Shown piece after piece: positions 9,416 through 18,927 of a stretch of 64,000 nt of DNA. The translations under genes and the position numbers were made by a program. This stretch comes from a virus (Duplodnaviria > Caudoviricetes). The DNA is taken from the IMG/VR virus record IMGVR_UViG_3300021387_000334, positions 1 to 64,000 of that record; one strand, given 5' to 3'. The number at the start of each line of letters is the position of its first letter. Within the stretch, counting starts at the first letter, position 1. The notes below the pieces were generated by a model. The model searched no databases. It saw only the letters and a program-made list of their open reading frames with translations, and had not been told where the DNA came from.

Positions 9416-9462
9416 AATACCCCAATTTTCGAATGTTAATAAATACTAAATGGCACCTGCAT

Positions 9463-9504
9463 GTGAAAACACGGAAGATAAAGCACTCGCTTTATTTACT
9501 TTTG
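9463..9504 (+). promoter_or_regulatory. late-type promoter of the portal operon (GTGAAAACACGG-N22-TACTTTTG)
   Basis: Motif 9463-9474, -7 box 9497-9504. Confidence 0.8.
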
Positions 9505-9526
9505 CGCCCATAAAGTAAGAGTGAAT

Positions 9527-11497
9527 ATGGCAAAGATACGAACCCTATCACAGGCTACAGGCCGCATCCACGATTCCGTCAAGAGCCGGCATCGCCGCAT
9601 GTCTGTGGATATTCCCGTCCGCAGGCGCAGGAGGGTTGACTACGACCTCGTGCTGCGCTGTCAGCAGGCTTGGAACAACCTAGACGATGCCAGAAGAACT
9701 CGCGAACGGGTGAAGGAATATGTCTATGGCGACCAGTGGGGAGATATTATCCACTACCGTCACGGACAAATCACGGAGCGAGAGTATATCCAGCGCAAGG
9801 GTAATGTACCATTACAGAACAATATCATGATCTCCATCCTTGGCTCTGTCACAGGTCTCTACACCAAACAGGCTGGAGAGCCAAACTGCTTTGCCATGCG
9901 CAAGGATTCCCAGTGGCTCTCGGATATGATGTCGGCCACCATTCAGCAGAACTGGCAAAAGACAAAGCAGATGGATGCCCTGAAAGCAGCAATGGAGGAC
10001 TTCTGTATTGGCGGCATGGCTATTGCCCGTGAGACCTATGAGGAAAAGATGGGTCGCCGTGTGGCTTGGACGGACTTCCCGAATGTGAATCATGCTTTTT
10101 GGGAGGCTGGCACAGACCCGCGCATGTCAGACCTACGAATGGTTGGTCTGCTACACGATGCCACCAGAGGCGAACTTTACTCCAAGTTCTGCAACGAGAA
10201 ATACGGCTGGACGGTCGCTGAGATCAATGAGGTCTTCAATATCCCGGACCCTCAGGATTATCCGGGCTATCCATCCAGCTCCGGTTATCAGCAGAACGAG
10301 CGCGAAAGTCTCTCCGCACTCTCTTTCGACAAGGCATCAGACAACGGCCTCTACCGTCTGATTGAGGTGTGGACGCAGGAGACCAAGACACGGTATCAAT
10401 GCTATGACCCATTGGCCACCAAGGCCGACGATATAGAATTTCGCGTCGAGGTGAAGGACATATGGCGAATCCAGCAGAAGAACCAAGAGCGCATCCGTCA
10501 GTATCAGGAGATGGGAATCCCCGAAGAGGAATGGGCTCTGATAGAATACGAACTGATTGAGGATTTGTATTGGTACTTCACTTATCTGACTCCCGATGGC
10601 ACTGTGCTTGCCGAAGGTGAGACTCCATACGAATCGAAGACTCACCCCTTCTCCATCAAACTCTATCCTTACGTCAACTCGGAGATACACCCCTTCATGG
10701 GTAATATCATCGACCAGCAGCGCTACATCAACCGCCTGATTATCATGCACGACATGGCAGCACGCTCGGCTGCAAAGGGTATCATGATTTTCCCAATAGG
10801 CAATATCCCCGATGGAATGTCAAAGGAGGATATAGCCGAAGAGATTACCGAATACGACGGACTTCTATTCTTCGAGACGGATAAGATAAATCCTGCTCTC
10901 CGTCCAGAAATCATCACATCGGGAGCCGTGCAAATCGGTACGCAGGAACTCCTGCAGATGGAGCTTAACCTTGCACGCGACATCACCAACGTCAGCGGGG
11001 CACTCCAGGGCAAGACTCCCTCTGCCGGAACTTCTGCTGCCCGCTACGCACAAGAGACGCAGAACGCTACCACTTCTCTCGCATCCATCCTCCATGACTT
11101 CACTTCGTTCATGGAGTCGATTGCACAGAAGAAGTGCATGATGATCAAGCAGTACTACCGTCACTCAGACCTTGTAGTATCGCGCGACCATACTATCTTC
11201 TACGAGTACGACAATCTCTCTGCCCGTGACGTGGACTTTGAGGTGACTATCAAGGAGTCTGCCGCTACCGCTGCCTACCGTACCTACATCAACGACACCG
11301 CTCTCCAGCTCCTACAGATGCAGGCCATCAACGTCAAGCAATACCTGGAGGTGGTCAACCTCCCCTATGCCGACGAACTCCTGCAAATCATCCAGCGTGA
11401 CGAGGCACAGCAAATGGCCATGCAGCAGGAACTCATGGCGCAGGGGGTCAATCAGCAACAGGTTAATAACGCACAACAAATGTTACAGGCCGCATGA
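9527..11497 (+). CDS. portal protein (P22-like)
   Basis: About 656 aa, with IIDQQRYINR and GALQG-type portal motifs and a Q-rich C-terminal barrel helix. Divergent from the scaffold/capsid genes. Confidence 0.8.
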   Translation: MAKIRTLSQATGRIHDSVKSRHRRMSVDIPVRRRRRVDYDLVLRCQQAWNNLDDARRTRERVKEYVYGDQWGDIIHYRHGQITEREYIQRKGNVPLQNNIMISILGSVTGLYTKQAGEPNCFAMRKDSQWLSDMMSATIQQNWQKTKQMDALKAAMEDFCIGGMAIARETYEEKMGRRVAWTDFPNVNHAFWEAGTDPRMSDLRMVGLLHDATRGELYSKFCNEKYGWTVAEINEVFNIPDPQDYPGYPSSSGYQQNERESLSALSFDKASDNGLYRLIEVWTQETKTRYQCYDPLATKADDIEFRVEVKDIWRIQQKNQERIRQYQEMGIPEEEWALIEYELIEDLYWYFTYLTPDGTVLAEGETPYESKTHPFSIKLYPYVNSEIHPFMGNIIDQQRYINRLIIMHDMAARSAAKGIMIFPIGNIPDGMSKEDIAEEITEYDGLLFFETDKINPALRPEIITSGAVQIGTQELLQMELNLARDITNVSGALQGKTPSAGTSAARYAQETQNATTSLASILHDFTSFMESIAQKKCMMIKQYYRHSDLVVSRDHTIFYEYDNLSARDVDFEVTIKESAATAAYRTYINDTALQLLQMQAINVKQYLEVVNLPYADELLQIIQRDEAQQMAMQQELMAQGVNQQQVNNAQQMLQAA

Positions 11498-11958
11498 CAC
11501 TATCATTCTCTACTCTCAAACTGGCGGTAAAGCGTCACTTGTCAGTCATCGGCAAGCGAACCTATTCGAAGGACGGACAGAATCAGTTCTCGCAGATAAC
11601 CGTGTCTACCGCCGAAGACCCTATCTTCGAGCAGTACCTTGCCGCAGCTGCCCAGCAGGTAGAAGCATTGCTGAGACAGTTGGTTAGCACCTTCTCACTG
11701 ACAAGCACGGGTTTTACCCTGACTCTTCATAACACCAGAGGTGCAGCTGATTTCGAAGCCCGCTCAGAGGAATTGGTTACTACTTTCTGTGTTCTATACA
11801 CGGTTGGCGAATACCTGGCCATGACCCGTCCAGATATGGCACAGAAATATCAGTCGGATGCCACGGGAGCCATGCAGTCGCTTCTCAGCTATGCCTTCTA
11901 TAAGGAACCGCCAACATCGGTTGCCGATCCGTTTGCGGCCAGTACATCAGTATCTTAA
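11494..11958 (+). CDS. putative tail ring/connector protein, paralog 1
   Basis: ATGA-coupled to the portal. C-terminal pattern (strand, then helix with YxV..Y, then helix ending KEPP) resembles the next three ORFs. Confidence 0.5.
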   Translation: MTLSFSTLKLAVKRHLSVIGKRTYSKDGQNQFSQITVSTAEDPIFEQYLAAAAQQVEALLRQLVSTFSLTSTGFTLTLHNTRGAADFEARSEELVTTFCVLYTVGEYLAMTRPDMAQKYQSDATGAMQSLLSYAFYKEPPTSVADPFAASTSVS

Positions 11959-11970
11959 AATATCGAATAT

Positions 11971-12492
11971 ATGTCAAAGACTATCACTATTACCATCCCA
12001 AAGGCCGTTGTGGTTGAAGCCGTAAAGGGCGATACCACTATCACGGGAAATGTTGACCGTTCGGTTGATGCGGTCAAAAATGCGGGCGTGGCTTACAACG
12101 AACAGGCTGGCGATGATACTCATCATGAAAAGAAGATTGACCGCGCCATCCGTGCTGCCGTGTCGAAGTTTGAGGCAGAGATAGCGGAATTTGCTGATGG
12201 ATCGGCTGGAAGCATCACTGATTCTTTCTCTGACAACATCATCATCACGCTCGTTGTGTCAGACCGATACAATGGAGGGCTGGCAAACCCACTCTCAGGC
12301 CTGGCGCAGGAGTATATCATCAATATGGCCCTCTACACATGGTGGATTTCCATCAAGCCCGACTTTGCCAAAGGATTCGCAACACTGGCCAGCGACACGC
12401 TGCCCTATGTCCGCAAGTGCTTCTCTAAGGTGGCCCCGGCCTCTTCCGCTTCATCCTATAACGACGTGACAGGAACCGTAACAGACAATTAA
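11971..12492 (+). CDS. putative tail ring/connector protein, paralog 2
   Basis: MSKTITITI...NEQAGDD...LVVSDRYNGG...YII..ALYTWW...CFSKVAP aligns with 12494-13258. Confidence 0.6.
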   Translation: MSKTITITIPKAVVVEAVKGDTTITGNVDRSVDAVKNAGVAYNEQAGDDTHHEKKIDRAIRAAVSKFEAEIAEFADGSAGSITDSFSDNIIITLVVSDRYNGGLANPLSGLAQEYIINMALYTWWISIKPDFAKGFATLASDTLPYVRKCFSKVAPASSASSYNDVTGTVTDN

Positions 12493-12493
12493 T

Positions 12494-13258
12494 ATGAGCA
12501 AGACTATAACCCTTACACTCGTCAAAGCCCTGATTATTGAGTCGGTCAAGAATGAGACCTTCTTCCGGGGCAACGTCGATAAAGCCGTAGACCAGAAGGC
12601 CATTGCCTTAGCCTATCATGAGCAGGCTGGGGATGATACCTATCAGGAGAGGATGATGCAGAGAGGACTCTATACCGCTCTTGAAGAGCTGAAGACCCAC
12701 CTCTCCGACTATCTTTCCACTTCGGGTTTCTCAGCAGCCGACAACAGTATTGAATCGTCTGACGATGGAGATAATATCGTCGTTCATCTGATTGTGTCAG
12801 ACCGATTCAACAAAGGCTACACACAGAGCCTTGCGCGTCTTTCTGCCAAGTACATCGAAGAGTCTATCCTGATGGATTGGTGGAAACCCGTCAATGAGAA
12901 ACAATCCGCACTTTATGCTCAGTTCGTTGAGCGTGACCTAGCTTCTATCAGACGATGCTTCAACAAAACCGCACCCACAGTCCCTACCGTACCTTACACT
13001 ACCTATCTCCGTACCACCGGCTCTGCCTTCGAACTGGAGATTGGAGAAGAGGCTACCGTGACCTACGAAATATCGGATGGCGCTATCGACGATATTGAGT
13101 GCCGGGTGGAGGACAAGACACTGATCGACGTTGGCCGCTCAGAAGATGGCTTTACGGTTATAGGCAAGCATCGCGGCCACACATGGATTCAGCTCTACTC
13201 CCGCCACAACGAGGAACTGACCCGTACCCTCCACGTCTACATCACCGATCACAGTTAA
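12494..13258 (+). CDS. putative tail ring/connector protein, paralog 3, with a C-terminal Ig-like extension
   Basis: MSKTITLTL...HEQAGDD...LIVSDRFNKG...YIE..LMDWW...CFNKTAP, plus about 80 beta-rich residues. Confidence 0.6.
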   Translation: MSKTITLTLVKALIIESVKNETFFRGNVDKAVDQKAIALAYHEQAGDDTYQERMMQRGLYTALEELKTHLSDYLSTSGFSAADNSIESSDDGDNIVVHLIVSDRFNKGYTQSLARLSAKYIEESILMDWWKPVNEKQSALYAQFVERDLASIRRCFNKTAPTVPTVPYTTYLRTTGSAFELEIGEEATVTYEISDGAIDDIECRVEDKTLIDVGRSEDGFTVIGKHRGHTWIQLYSRHNEELTRTLHVYITDHS

Positions 13259-13282
13259 GTATACTGCGGTATCTCCGCAGTC
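13259..13282 (+). repeat. GTAYACTG-N11-CAGTC hairpin, copy 1
   Basis: GTAT ACTGCGGT ATC TCCGCAGT C, immediately after a stop codon. Confidence 0.7.
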
Positions 13283-13303
13283 CTTTAATATATAATAAGG
13301 TAT

Positions 13304-13933
13304 ATGGATATAAGACACAAAGAAAAAGGCTACCATCCCTTGCGCTTCGACCGCCCGGAGCCAGACGATAACTGGCCGTACCGCCATCAACCAAACAGTG
13401 GCGACGATAGGCAGTACGGCATCAAGTCCCCCAAGTTCGAACGGCATCTGTTCATCCGTCGAGACCAGATATTCTTTGATATAGATGCACAGCTTGGCAT
13501 GTTGGCCGATGCCCGCAAGACTCCCGATGGCACACAGGACGATACCCTGACGAATGCCACCACCAAGTATCAGCAGATGTTCTACCGCTGGATAGACTCG
13601 CACATCGGAGAGGCCAAGACCACAATGTCGGCTTTTGTTCTCGAAAAATTCCGTGAGTCGGCCATGAACTCCATCAAAGACCGTGATGAGATTGACATCA
13701 CGCTTCTGATGCCCGAATGGTACGACGACACCACATTCCCACAGCTTTGCGACAAGGTGCATGAATACGTGGTTGCTGCCACCCTGGCTGATTTCTGTAC
13801 CATGCGCCTCACCACGAAAGATCCTGTGACCATCGACAAGGTAAACCAGAAGATTGAGTCGCAGGCAGAAGTCAAGAAACTCGTCAATGCTGCAAAGCCC
13901 GGACGTATCTCAAAACCCTTCAAACCCTTTTAG
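13304..13933 (+). CDS. putative tail ring/connector protein, paralog 4
   Basis: ITLLMPEWY...LCDKVHEYVVAATLADF pattern parallels the upstream paralogs. Confidence 0.55.
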   Translation: MDIRHKEKGYHPLRFDRPEPDDNWPYRHQPNSGDDRQYGIKSPKFERHLFIRRDQIFFDIDAQLGMLADARKTPDGTQDDTLTNATTKYQQMFYRWIDSHIGEAKTTMSAFVLEKFRESAMNSIKDRDEIDITLLMPEWYDDTTFPQLCDKVHEYVVAATLADFCTMRLTTKDPVTIDKVNQKIESQAEVKKLVNAAKPGRISKPFKPF

Positions 13934-13937
13934 AATC

Positions 13938-14432
13938 ATGGGAGAAATCAAGACATATATCATTATGGTAGTGGGGGCCTTGTTCACGCTCCTTAGTCCG
14001 ATTCAGAATTTCATGTGGGCAATGGTCACTCTTTTCGGAGTCAACTTTCTCTTCGGTCTCGTAGCTGCCATTGTCAACAAGGAGGGATGGAGCACCAAGA
14101 AGGCTCTGATGTTCTTTGCCTATTGTTTCATCTTCTTCGTTACCGCTGCCTCTTTCTTCGTGATAGGCCATTTCATGGACGAAGAAGACCAGGCTGTCGC
14201 AGTCGTTAAAATCTTGTGTTATGTTGCCATTTATATCTTTGGCACCAACATCTGTCGCAACTGGCTCAATATCCTGAGCAAGGGCACGGCATGGTACAAG
14301 TTTGTTGATCTTCTATACTACGTCCTTTCCGTCAAGTTCATCGAGCGTTTCGACATCGTGAAGAAATGGCAGGACGAGCGCAACAACAAGCCCTCAGAAG
14401 GCCGCACTATCCTCGACAAAGACGATAACTAA
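13938..14432 (+). CDS. holin
   Basis: Several hydrophobic segments, charged C-terminus, directly upstream of the lysozyme. ATG13938 follows the upstream stop. Confidence 0.75.
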   Translation: MGEIKTYIIMVVGALFTLLSPIQNFMWAMVTLFGVNFLFGLVAAIVNKEGWSTKKALMFFAYCFIFFVTAASFFVIGHFMDEEDQAVAVVKILCYVAIYIFGTNICRNWLNILSKGTAWYKFVDLLYYVLSVKFIERFDIVKKWQDERNNKPSEGRTILDKDDN

Positions 14433-14438
14433 AGTCCA

Positions 14439-14462
14439 GTACACTGCGATATTATCGCAGTC
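14439..14462 (+). repeat. GTAYACTG-N11-CAGTC hairpin, copy 2
   Basis: GTAC ACTGCGAT ATT ATCGCAGT C, between holin and endolysin. Confidence 0.7.
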
Positions 14463-14476
14463 AAATTCCCAGAAGC

Positions 14477-14956
14477 ATGAAAAAAATGACCACCAGCAGG
14501 CTCGGCCTGCGCTTAATAAAGGACTTTGAAGGCTTGCGCCTTGGTGCATACCTCTGTCCCGCCGGAGTGCCTACCATCGGCTACGGCCATACGAAAGGAG
14601 TCAAGCTTGGCCAAGTAATCACCCACGAACAGGCAGATGATTATCTGATAGAGGACATTGCACCATTGGAGAGACATATTAACGCACTCGGCATCAATTT
14701 CCGTCAGGAACAGTTCGATGCCCTTGTGTCGTGGCTCTTCAACCTTGGCGTGGGCAATTTCAAGAAGTCCAACCTTTTGAAGCGCATCCAGGACGATTCC
14801 TCAGATCAGTCCATTGCCGCTGAGTTCATCAAGTGGATTTACGCAGGCAAGACCCCATTGGCAGGCCTGAAGAAGCGGAGAGTGGCCGAAGCCAATATGT
14901 TCGTAGGCTACGAACTCTACTGTCTCGACGACAAAAACAACATCAAGAAGAAATGA
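14477..14956 (+). CDS. endolysin, GH24 (T4/P21-type) lysozyme
   Basis: EGLRLGAYLCPAGVPTIGYGHT gives the E-x8-C-x5-T catalytic triad. QEQFDALVSWLFNLG and GLKKRRVAEA motifs are present. Confidence 0.92.
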   Translation: MKKMTTSRLGLRLIKDFEGLRLGAYLCPAGVPTIGYGHTKGVKLGQVITHEQADDYLIEDIAPLERHINALGINFRQEQFDALVSWLFNLGVGNFKKSNLLKRIQDDSSDQSIAAEFIKWIYAGKTPLAGLKKRRVAEANMFVGYELYCLDDKNNIKKK

Positions 14957-15306
14957 GAGACGCAGGAGTACCATCACGACGTGAGAAGGCCAAGCTGGCC
15001 AATGCGATGGCCAAGACCGTGCAGGACAAGATGATGAACTGGACGGAGGATAACTTCACCTACTTTGAGCAGACGATGGAGATGATACGCGAGGGCGCTC
15101 CCGTCCAATGGGTGAAGCTCTACATGGAGGCCGTCAAACTCGGTATCGTCAAGGAGTCCAACATCAATATCAACATCAACCGCCAGCAAGACCGTGAAAA
15201 CCTACAGGCCCTCGTGCGTACCCGCATCCCGCTACCCGATAACGGTACGTACACACCCTATGAGGAAATCAAGCAGCCCGAGAGAGTAGAGGTGAAGAGG
15301 GAATAA
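14953..15306 (+). CDS. hypothetical alpha-helical protein (117 aa)
   Basis: ATGA overlap with the endolysin stop. Confidence 0.65.
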   Translation: MRDAGVPSRREKAKLANAMAKTVQDKMMNWTEDNFTYFEQTMEMIREGAPVQWVKLYMEAVKLGIVKESNINININRQQDRENLQALVRTRIPLPDNGTYTPYEEIKQPERVEVKRE

Positions 15307-15472
15307 AAAAATCCCCCGACTTTCATTTATTAAGCAGTACCACCCACTTATATAAACGATACCCTACACAGGTGCGTCGGGGGAGTTATGTCCCGGACAC
15401 TTGTGTAGGGCTTAGTGCGTCTATGTGGGGTGGTACGGGTGCAAAGTTACAAACAAAACTCGAAACAACAAA
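15304..15472 (-). ncRNA. candidate structured sRNA with its own promoter and terminator
   Basis: TTTG (15469-72)-N19-TAACTTTG (15442-49) promoter, three complementary segment pairs, and a GTCGGGGGA-U7 end. Confidence 0.6.
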
Positions 15473-15482
15473 ATTTTGCATC

Positions 15483-15710
15483 ATGAAAGTGGTTGAATTG
15501 TTGAAAATCGGTGCCGAAATGTTAAAGTTGATGTCAAAGAATGACGTCTTGCGGGATGATTGGCGTTTTGTCCCAATGTATGAATCTTATAAGGAGATGC
15601 GCTCAAACGGGATCAAATATCGTGAGTGCATCCGCATGCTATCAGAAGAATATAACGTCAGCCGCGCCACCATCGAACGAGCCATAAGGAGGTTGGAAGG
15701 AGAGTGTTAA
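15483..15710 (+). CDS. small helix-turn-helix DNA-binding protein
   Basis: CIRMLSEEYNVSRATIERAIRRL C-terminal HTH. The family is common in Bacteroidales mobile DNA. Confidence 0.7.
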   Translation: MKVVELLKIGAEMLKLMSKNDVLRDDWRFVPMYESYKEMRSNGIKYRECIRMLSEEYNVSRATIERAIRRLEGEC

Positions 15711-15741
15711 TTGCCATCAGCTGGTGATGTCTGAATGTTAC

Positions 15742-15781
15742 GTATACTGACGTATCACGTCAGTCATTATCCCTATCTTTG
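15742..15781 (+). promoter_or_regulatory. cassette promoter: hairpin copy 3 (15742-15765) upstream of the -7 box TATCTTTG (15774-15781)
   Basis: Perfect ACTGACGT-ATC-ACGTCAGT palindrome 9 nt before the -7 box. Confidence 0.7.
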
Positions 15782-15846
15782 CCATGTCTTCGCGCAAGGA
15801 CAAAGAGATAGATATTATTAGTAACAACTCAAACACAAATTTCATT

Positions 15847-16854
15847 ATGGCAGAAATTTATCAATTAGATGATCACAACCGGGGGCTTGACACCAACGGC
15901 TTGATTGCTGCCGCAGCCCTCGCCAACGGCGGTGGCTTTGGTGGCGGTATGAACAATCCTCTTTGGATGATGTTCATGTATCCGTTCATTCTTCCTTTCC
16001 TTAGTATGTATGGAGGTGGATTTGGAGGCTTTGGTGGCTTTGGCGGTGGAGCAGGCAACCTTCTGGGTACTGGATTCATCAGCAATCAGCTGAACAACAA
16101 CAGCGACAAGGAGACCATTCTCAATGCCCTGCAGTACAACCGCGAGGCTATCAGTCAGCTGGCTAACCAGTTTGGCACCAGCATCAGTGACGTGCAGAAC
16201 AACATTGCCATTGCCAACTCTAAGCTGGCCGACATCGGCGCTCAGATGGGTATGACAGGTATGCATGTTATCAATGCCGTGCAGAACGGTGATGCTGCCA
16301 TTGCCAAGCAGCTTTGTGAGTGCTGCTGCAATATGCGCTACGACCTTGCCCAGCAGACCAACACTTTGCAGGCCCAGGCAGCTCAGAACGCCGCACAGGC
16401 ACAGCTGCAGCTGGCTAACCACGACTCGAACGTTCGCTTGCAACTGGCACAGAATGAAGCCGCAGACCAGCTGGCCGTCTGTCAGCAGACCAATGCACTC
16501 AGCACTCAGGCCGACCGCAACTATAACGGTACGCTTGGAGCCATTGCAGCCCTTCAGACCAACATCACGAAGGAGTTCTGTGACATTCGCGAGCGTGAGA
16601 TGCAGTCGAAGATTGACACACAGGCCGACATTATCACTCAGCTTCGTGGTCAGGTGAGCAACGACAAGCAGACGGAGGCCATCGACAAGCGCTTTAATGC
16701 ACTGGAGAACGCTCTGGCTACGTTTGCAGCCAAGCAGCCCAACACCGTACCCGTGGTATACCCGAACCTGACGGCAGTAAACCAAACTCCGTATGCAGGC
16801 GGCTATGGTTTCCCTTGGGGTAACGGCTTCGCTGGCGGTGGTGTAGTGTTCTAA
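15847..16854 (+). CDS. Gly-rich/hydrophobic N-terminus plus coiled-coil protein with ECCC motif (unknown function)
   Basis: NPLWMMFMYPFILPFL-GGFGGFGG segment, N/Q/A-rich heptads and QLCECCCNMRY. Confidence 0.8.
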   Translation: MAEIYQLDDHNRGLDTNGLIAAAALANGGGFGGGMNNPLWMMFMYPFILPFLSMYGGGFGGFGGFGGGAGNLLGTGFISNQLNNNSDKETILNALQYNREAISQLANQFGTSISDVQNNIAIANSKLADIGAQMGMTGMHVINAVQNGDAAIAKQLCECCCNMRYDLAQQTNTLQAQAAQNAAQAQLQLANHDSNVRLQLAQNEAADQLAVCQQTNALSTQADRNYNGTLGAIAALQTNITKEFCDIREREMQSKIDTQADIITQLRGQVSNDKQTEAIDKRFNALENALATFAAKQPNTVPVVYPNLTAVNQTPYAGGYGFPWGNGFAGGGVVF

Positions 16855-16880
16855 CAAAAACGGAATAAGGAGGTGAAAGT

Positions 16881-17216
16881 ATGAATTGCAATCCTATTTT
16901 AGCAACGAATGCAGGTGGTATTCCGTATATCGTTAGCACTAACACAACCGTTGGCACAGAGACAGTGAACATTGCCCTGGGTCTGCGCAGGATCCAGCCC
17001 GTAGGCTACCTGACGGTCATCATCAACGATGTAGTACCTACAGGGGCTACGGCAACCCTGCCCGTGACACTCTCGATGGGAGGCACGACAAGAGCCTTGA
17101 CATTTGCCAACGGTACTCCGGTGACAGCCGCTGAACTGATTGGCGTTAGCAACATTCAGGTGTTCAACGACAGGACAAGGGGGCTGTTGACTCTGATGTC
17201 ACGTACAATAGCGTAA
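16881..17216 (+). CDS. small beta-sandwich-like protein, ECCC cassette gene 2
   Basis: Alternating hydrophobic, Thr/Val-rich strands, in the same operon. Confidence 0.7.
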   Translation: MNCNPILATNAGGIPYIVSTNTTVGTETVNIALGLRRIQPVGYLTVIINDVVPTGATATLPVTLSMGGTTRALTFANGTPVTAAELIGVSNIQVFNDRTRGLLTLMSRTIA

Positions 17217-17244
17217 AGTAAAGAACTAAAAAAAAGTAATCATT

Positions 17245-17787
17245 ATGAATTTGGATTTTGGAAACTTAGGGAACGGAAGTACGTTCTATATCCTTACACA
17301 GTCAAAAGGCCAAAAGCCAACGCTGGAAGTGGGAACCGTGAAAGAGAAGGCACTTTTGCAGCCTCAGTATCAACTACAAGCAGTGCCAGGTGCCATGAAC
17401 GGCATCACGCAACAGCAGAACGTCAGGCTGATAGTCACCATCGACGGAAGCGACAGGCCAATACCCGATATTCCTGCCAATGTAGAGATAGCTCAAAAGG
17501 GCGACGTGTTCTACACGGGAAGCCAGCAGGCCATCATACAAGCCATCGACCAGATGATGCAGGTTTCGAAGGGTGAGATCGAGAGAGATGCCTATAACCA
17601 CATGGTGATTGATGCAGGAAAGGAAATGATGGGCGTGGTGAATCCGCAGTATGCTGCCAGCGTGCAGCAGGAGAAGATCATCCGCGACCTTCAAGACCGC
17701 CAGGACGAACAAGGGAAGATGCTGAAGGACATCCATTCGCTTTTACAGGAGATTGTCGGCTCTGCTCCCAAGTCTCCAAAATCTTAA
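17245..17787 (+). CDS. hypothetical protein with a C-terminal coiled coil, cassette gene 3
   Basis: SH3-like N-terminal strands and a Q-rich helical C-terminus. Confidence 0.7.
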   Translation: MNLDFGNLGNGSTFYILTQSKGQKPTLEVGTVKEKALLQPQYQLQAVPGAMNGITQQQNVRLIVTIDGSDRPIPDIPANVEIAQKGDVFYTGSQQAIIQAIDQMMQVSKGEIERDAYNHMVIDAGKEMMGVVNPQYAASVQQEKIIRDLQDRQDEQGKMLKDIHSLLQEIVGSAPKSPKS

Positions 17788-17807
17788 AATAAAGAAAGGT
17801 AAAGACT

Positions 17808-18074
17808 ATGGCAACTTATTTCGTAGACCGTGAGAACGAAGGGCAGAGTCCGTTGCGTTCTCAGATGCGCACACACATGCGCAACAACATGGGCGGCAGT
17901 CCGGGTGCAAACTCTTCCTCAGAATCCTATCGCCAAGGCTACAAGCATGGCTATAAGGAAGGCTGGGAAGACAAGGAAAAGGAGAAGATGCAGGAAATGA
18001 TGAAGGACGACAAACTCATGAAGGAGTTTGAAGAGTTCCGTCGCCAGCGCGCTGCAAACGGCCAGTTTATGTAG
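17808..18074 (+). CDS. small charged protein (YRQGYKHGYKEG repeat), cassette gene 4
   Basis: AxxxG-type repeat helix followed by a hairpin at about 18081-18108. Confidence 0.65.
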   Translation: MATYFVDRENEGQSPLRSQMRTHMRNNMGGSPGANSSSESYRQGYKHGYKEGWEDKEKEKMQEMMKDDKLMKEFEEFRRQRAANGQFM

Positions 18075-18138
18075 ATTTTAAGGGGAGATTGCTATGCGGT
18101 TTCCCCTTATTAGATAGAAGACTAAATATTAAGAAGAT

Positions 18139-18537
18139 ATGAAACAGCTTATTTCAGAAGACAGGGCCATTTATGAGGACATGTATCACGGCCAGTTCTC
18201 AAAGAAACTCGCTGAGTGGGCTATCTCGTGCATGAAGAAGAAGGACTTCAACACGGGAGAAATGAAGGCGATACAGAAGATTCCCTTGCAGGAGGTGGAG
18301 AAGAAACTAAAGGAGTATGGTGCTGAGTTGCCGGAGAAAAGCAAATACACGGCTTGGTATCTGTGGCACATGGCACTGGCTGACTACCCAAATGCGCTCC
18401 CTACGGACGAACGCCGTGCATATTTTGTGTACGAAACGATTTGTGACCCTGACGGATGCCCTGCTAACGTGCTTGACTGCTTTGTGACCAAGATGTGTAA
18501 CGCCGACGAACCCATCTTTTGGGAGGAAATGGTATGA
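18139..18537 (+). CDS. alpha-helical hypothetical protein, cassette gene 5
   Basis: GQFSKKLAEWAISCM...AWYLWHMALADY...DPDG motifs, ATGA-coupled to the next gene. Confidence 0.7.
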   Translation: MKQLISEDRAIYEDMYHGQFSKKLAEWAISCMKKKDFNTGEMKAIQKIPLQEVEKKLKEYGAELPEKSKYTAWYLWHMALADYPNALPTDERRAYFVYETICDPDGCPANVLDCFVTKMCNADEPIFWEEMV

Positions 18538-18926
18538 GGACGGAGTATTTCAACATCGGTGATGATGATTGGGGTATCGTACTCTGCTACGACTACGACC
18601 TCTTGGACTATGACCGTATATGGTCTATCATCCGTGCCACGGGAGTATCTGACGAAAAGGCGCAGTATGCCATGAGTGTACTGAGTCTGCCAGATACGGG
18701 CATGACGTTGACAAGCTTCTCGGATATGATGTCGTTCCTGTTCGTGAGTCGTTCAAGTTCCGATGAGCAATGGTTTGACACGCTGATCCACGAGCTGAAG
18801 CATGTGGTGGAGCATATCAGCGAATTCTATCGCGTAGACCCCAAAAGCGAACCAGCTGCATACCTTCAAGGAGAAATAGGCAGGCAACTGTTCCCACTGA
18901 TAATGCAGAAGATGTGCGATTGTTAA
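18534..18926 (+). CDS. putative zincin metallopeptidase (HExxH), cassette gene 6
   Basis: TLIHELKHVVEHI followed by SEPAAYLQG, where the downstream Glu could be the third metal ligand. Confidence 0.7.
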   Translation: MRTEYFNIGDDDWGIVLCYDYDLLDYDRIWSIIRATGVSDEKAQYAMSVLSLPDTGMTLTSFSDMMSFLFVSRSSSDEQWFDTLIHELKHVVEHISEFYRVDPKSEPAAYLQGEIGRQLFPLIMQKMCDC

Positions 18927-18927
18927 G

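Noticed and set aside
15304-15440. Retron msr-msd
   Set aside because: Nested inverted repeats are present, but no reverse transcriptase is nearby or in the window.
15746-15764. Chromosomal parS site
   Set aside because: It does not match the TGTTNCACGTGAAACA-type consensus, and no ParB was recognised in the window.
15865-16857. 330-aa antisense ORF (also 7970-8908, 35176-36132, 40186-41103 and similar)
   Set aside because: Shadow frames opposite well-supported genes, with no recognisable motifs or expression signals.
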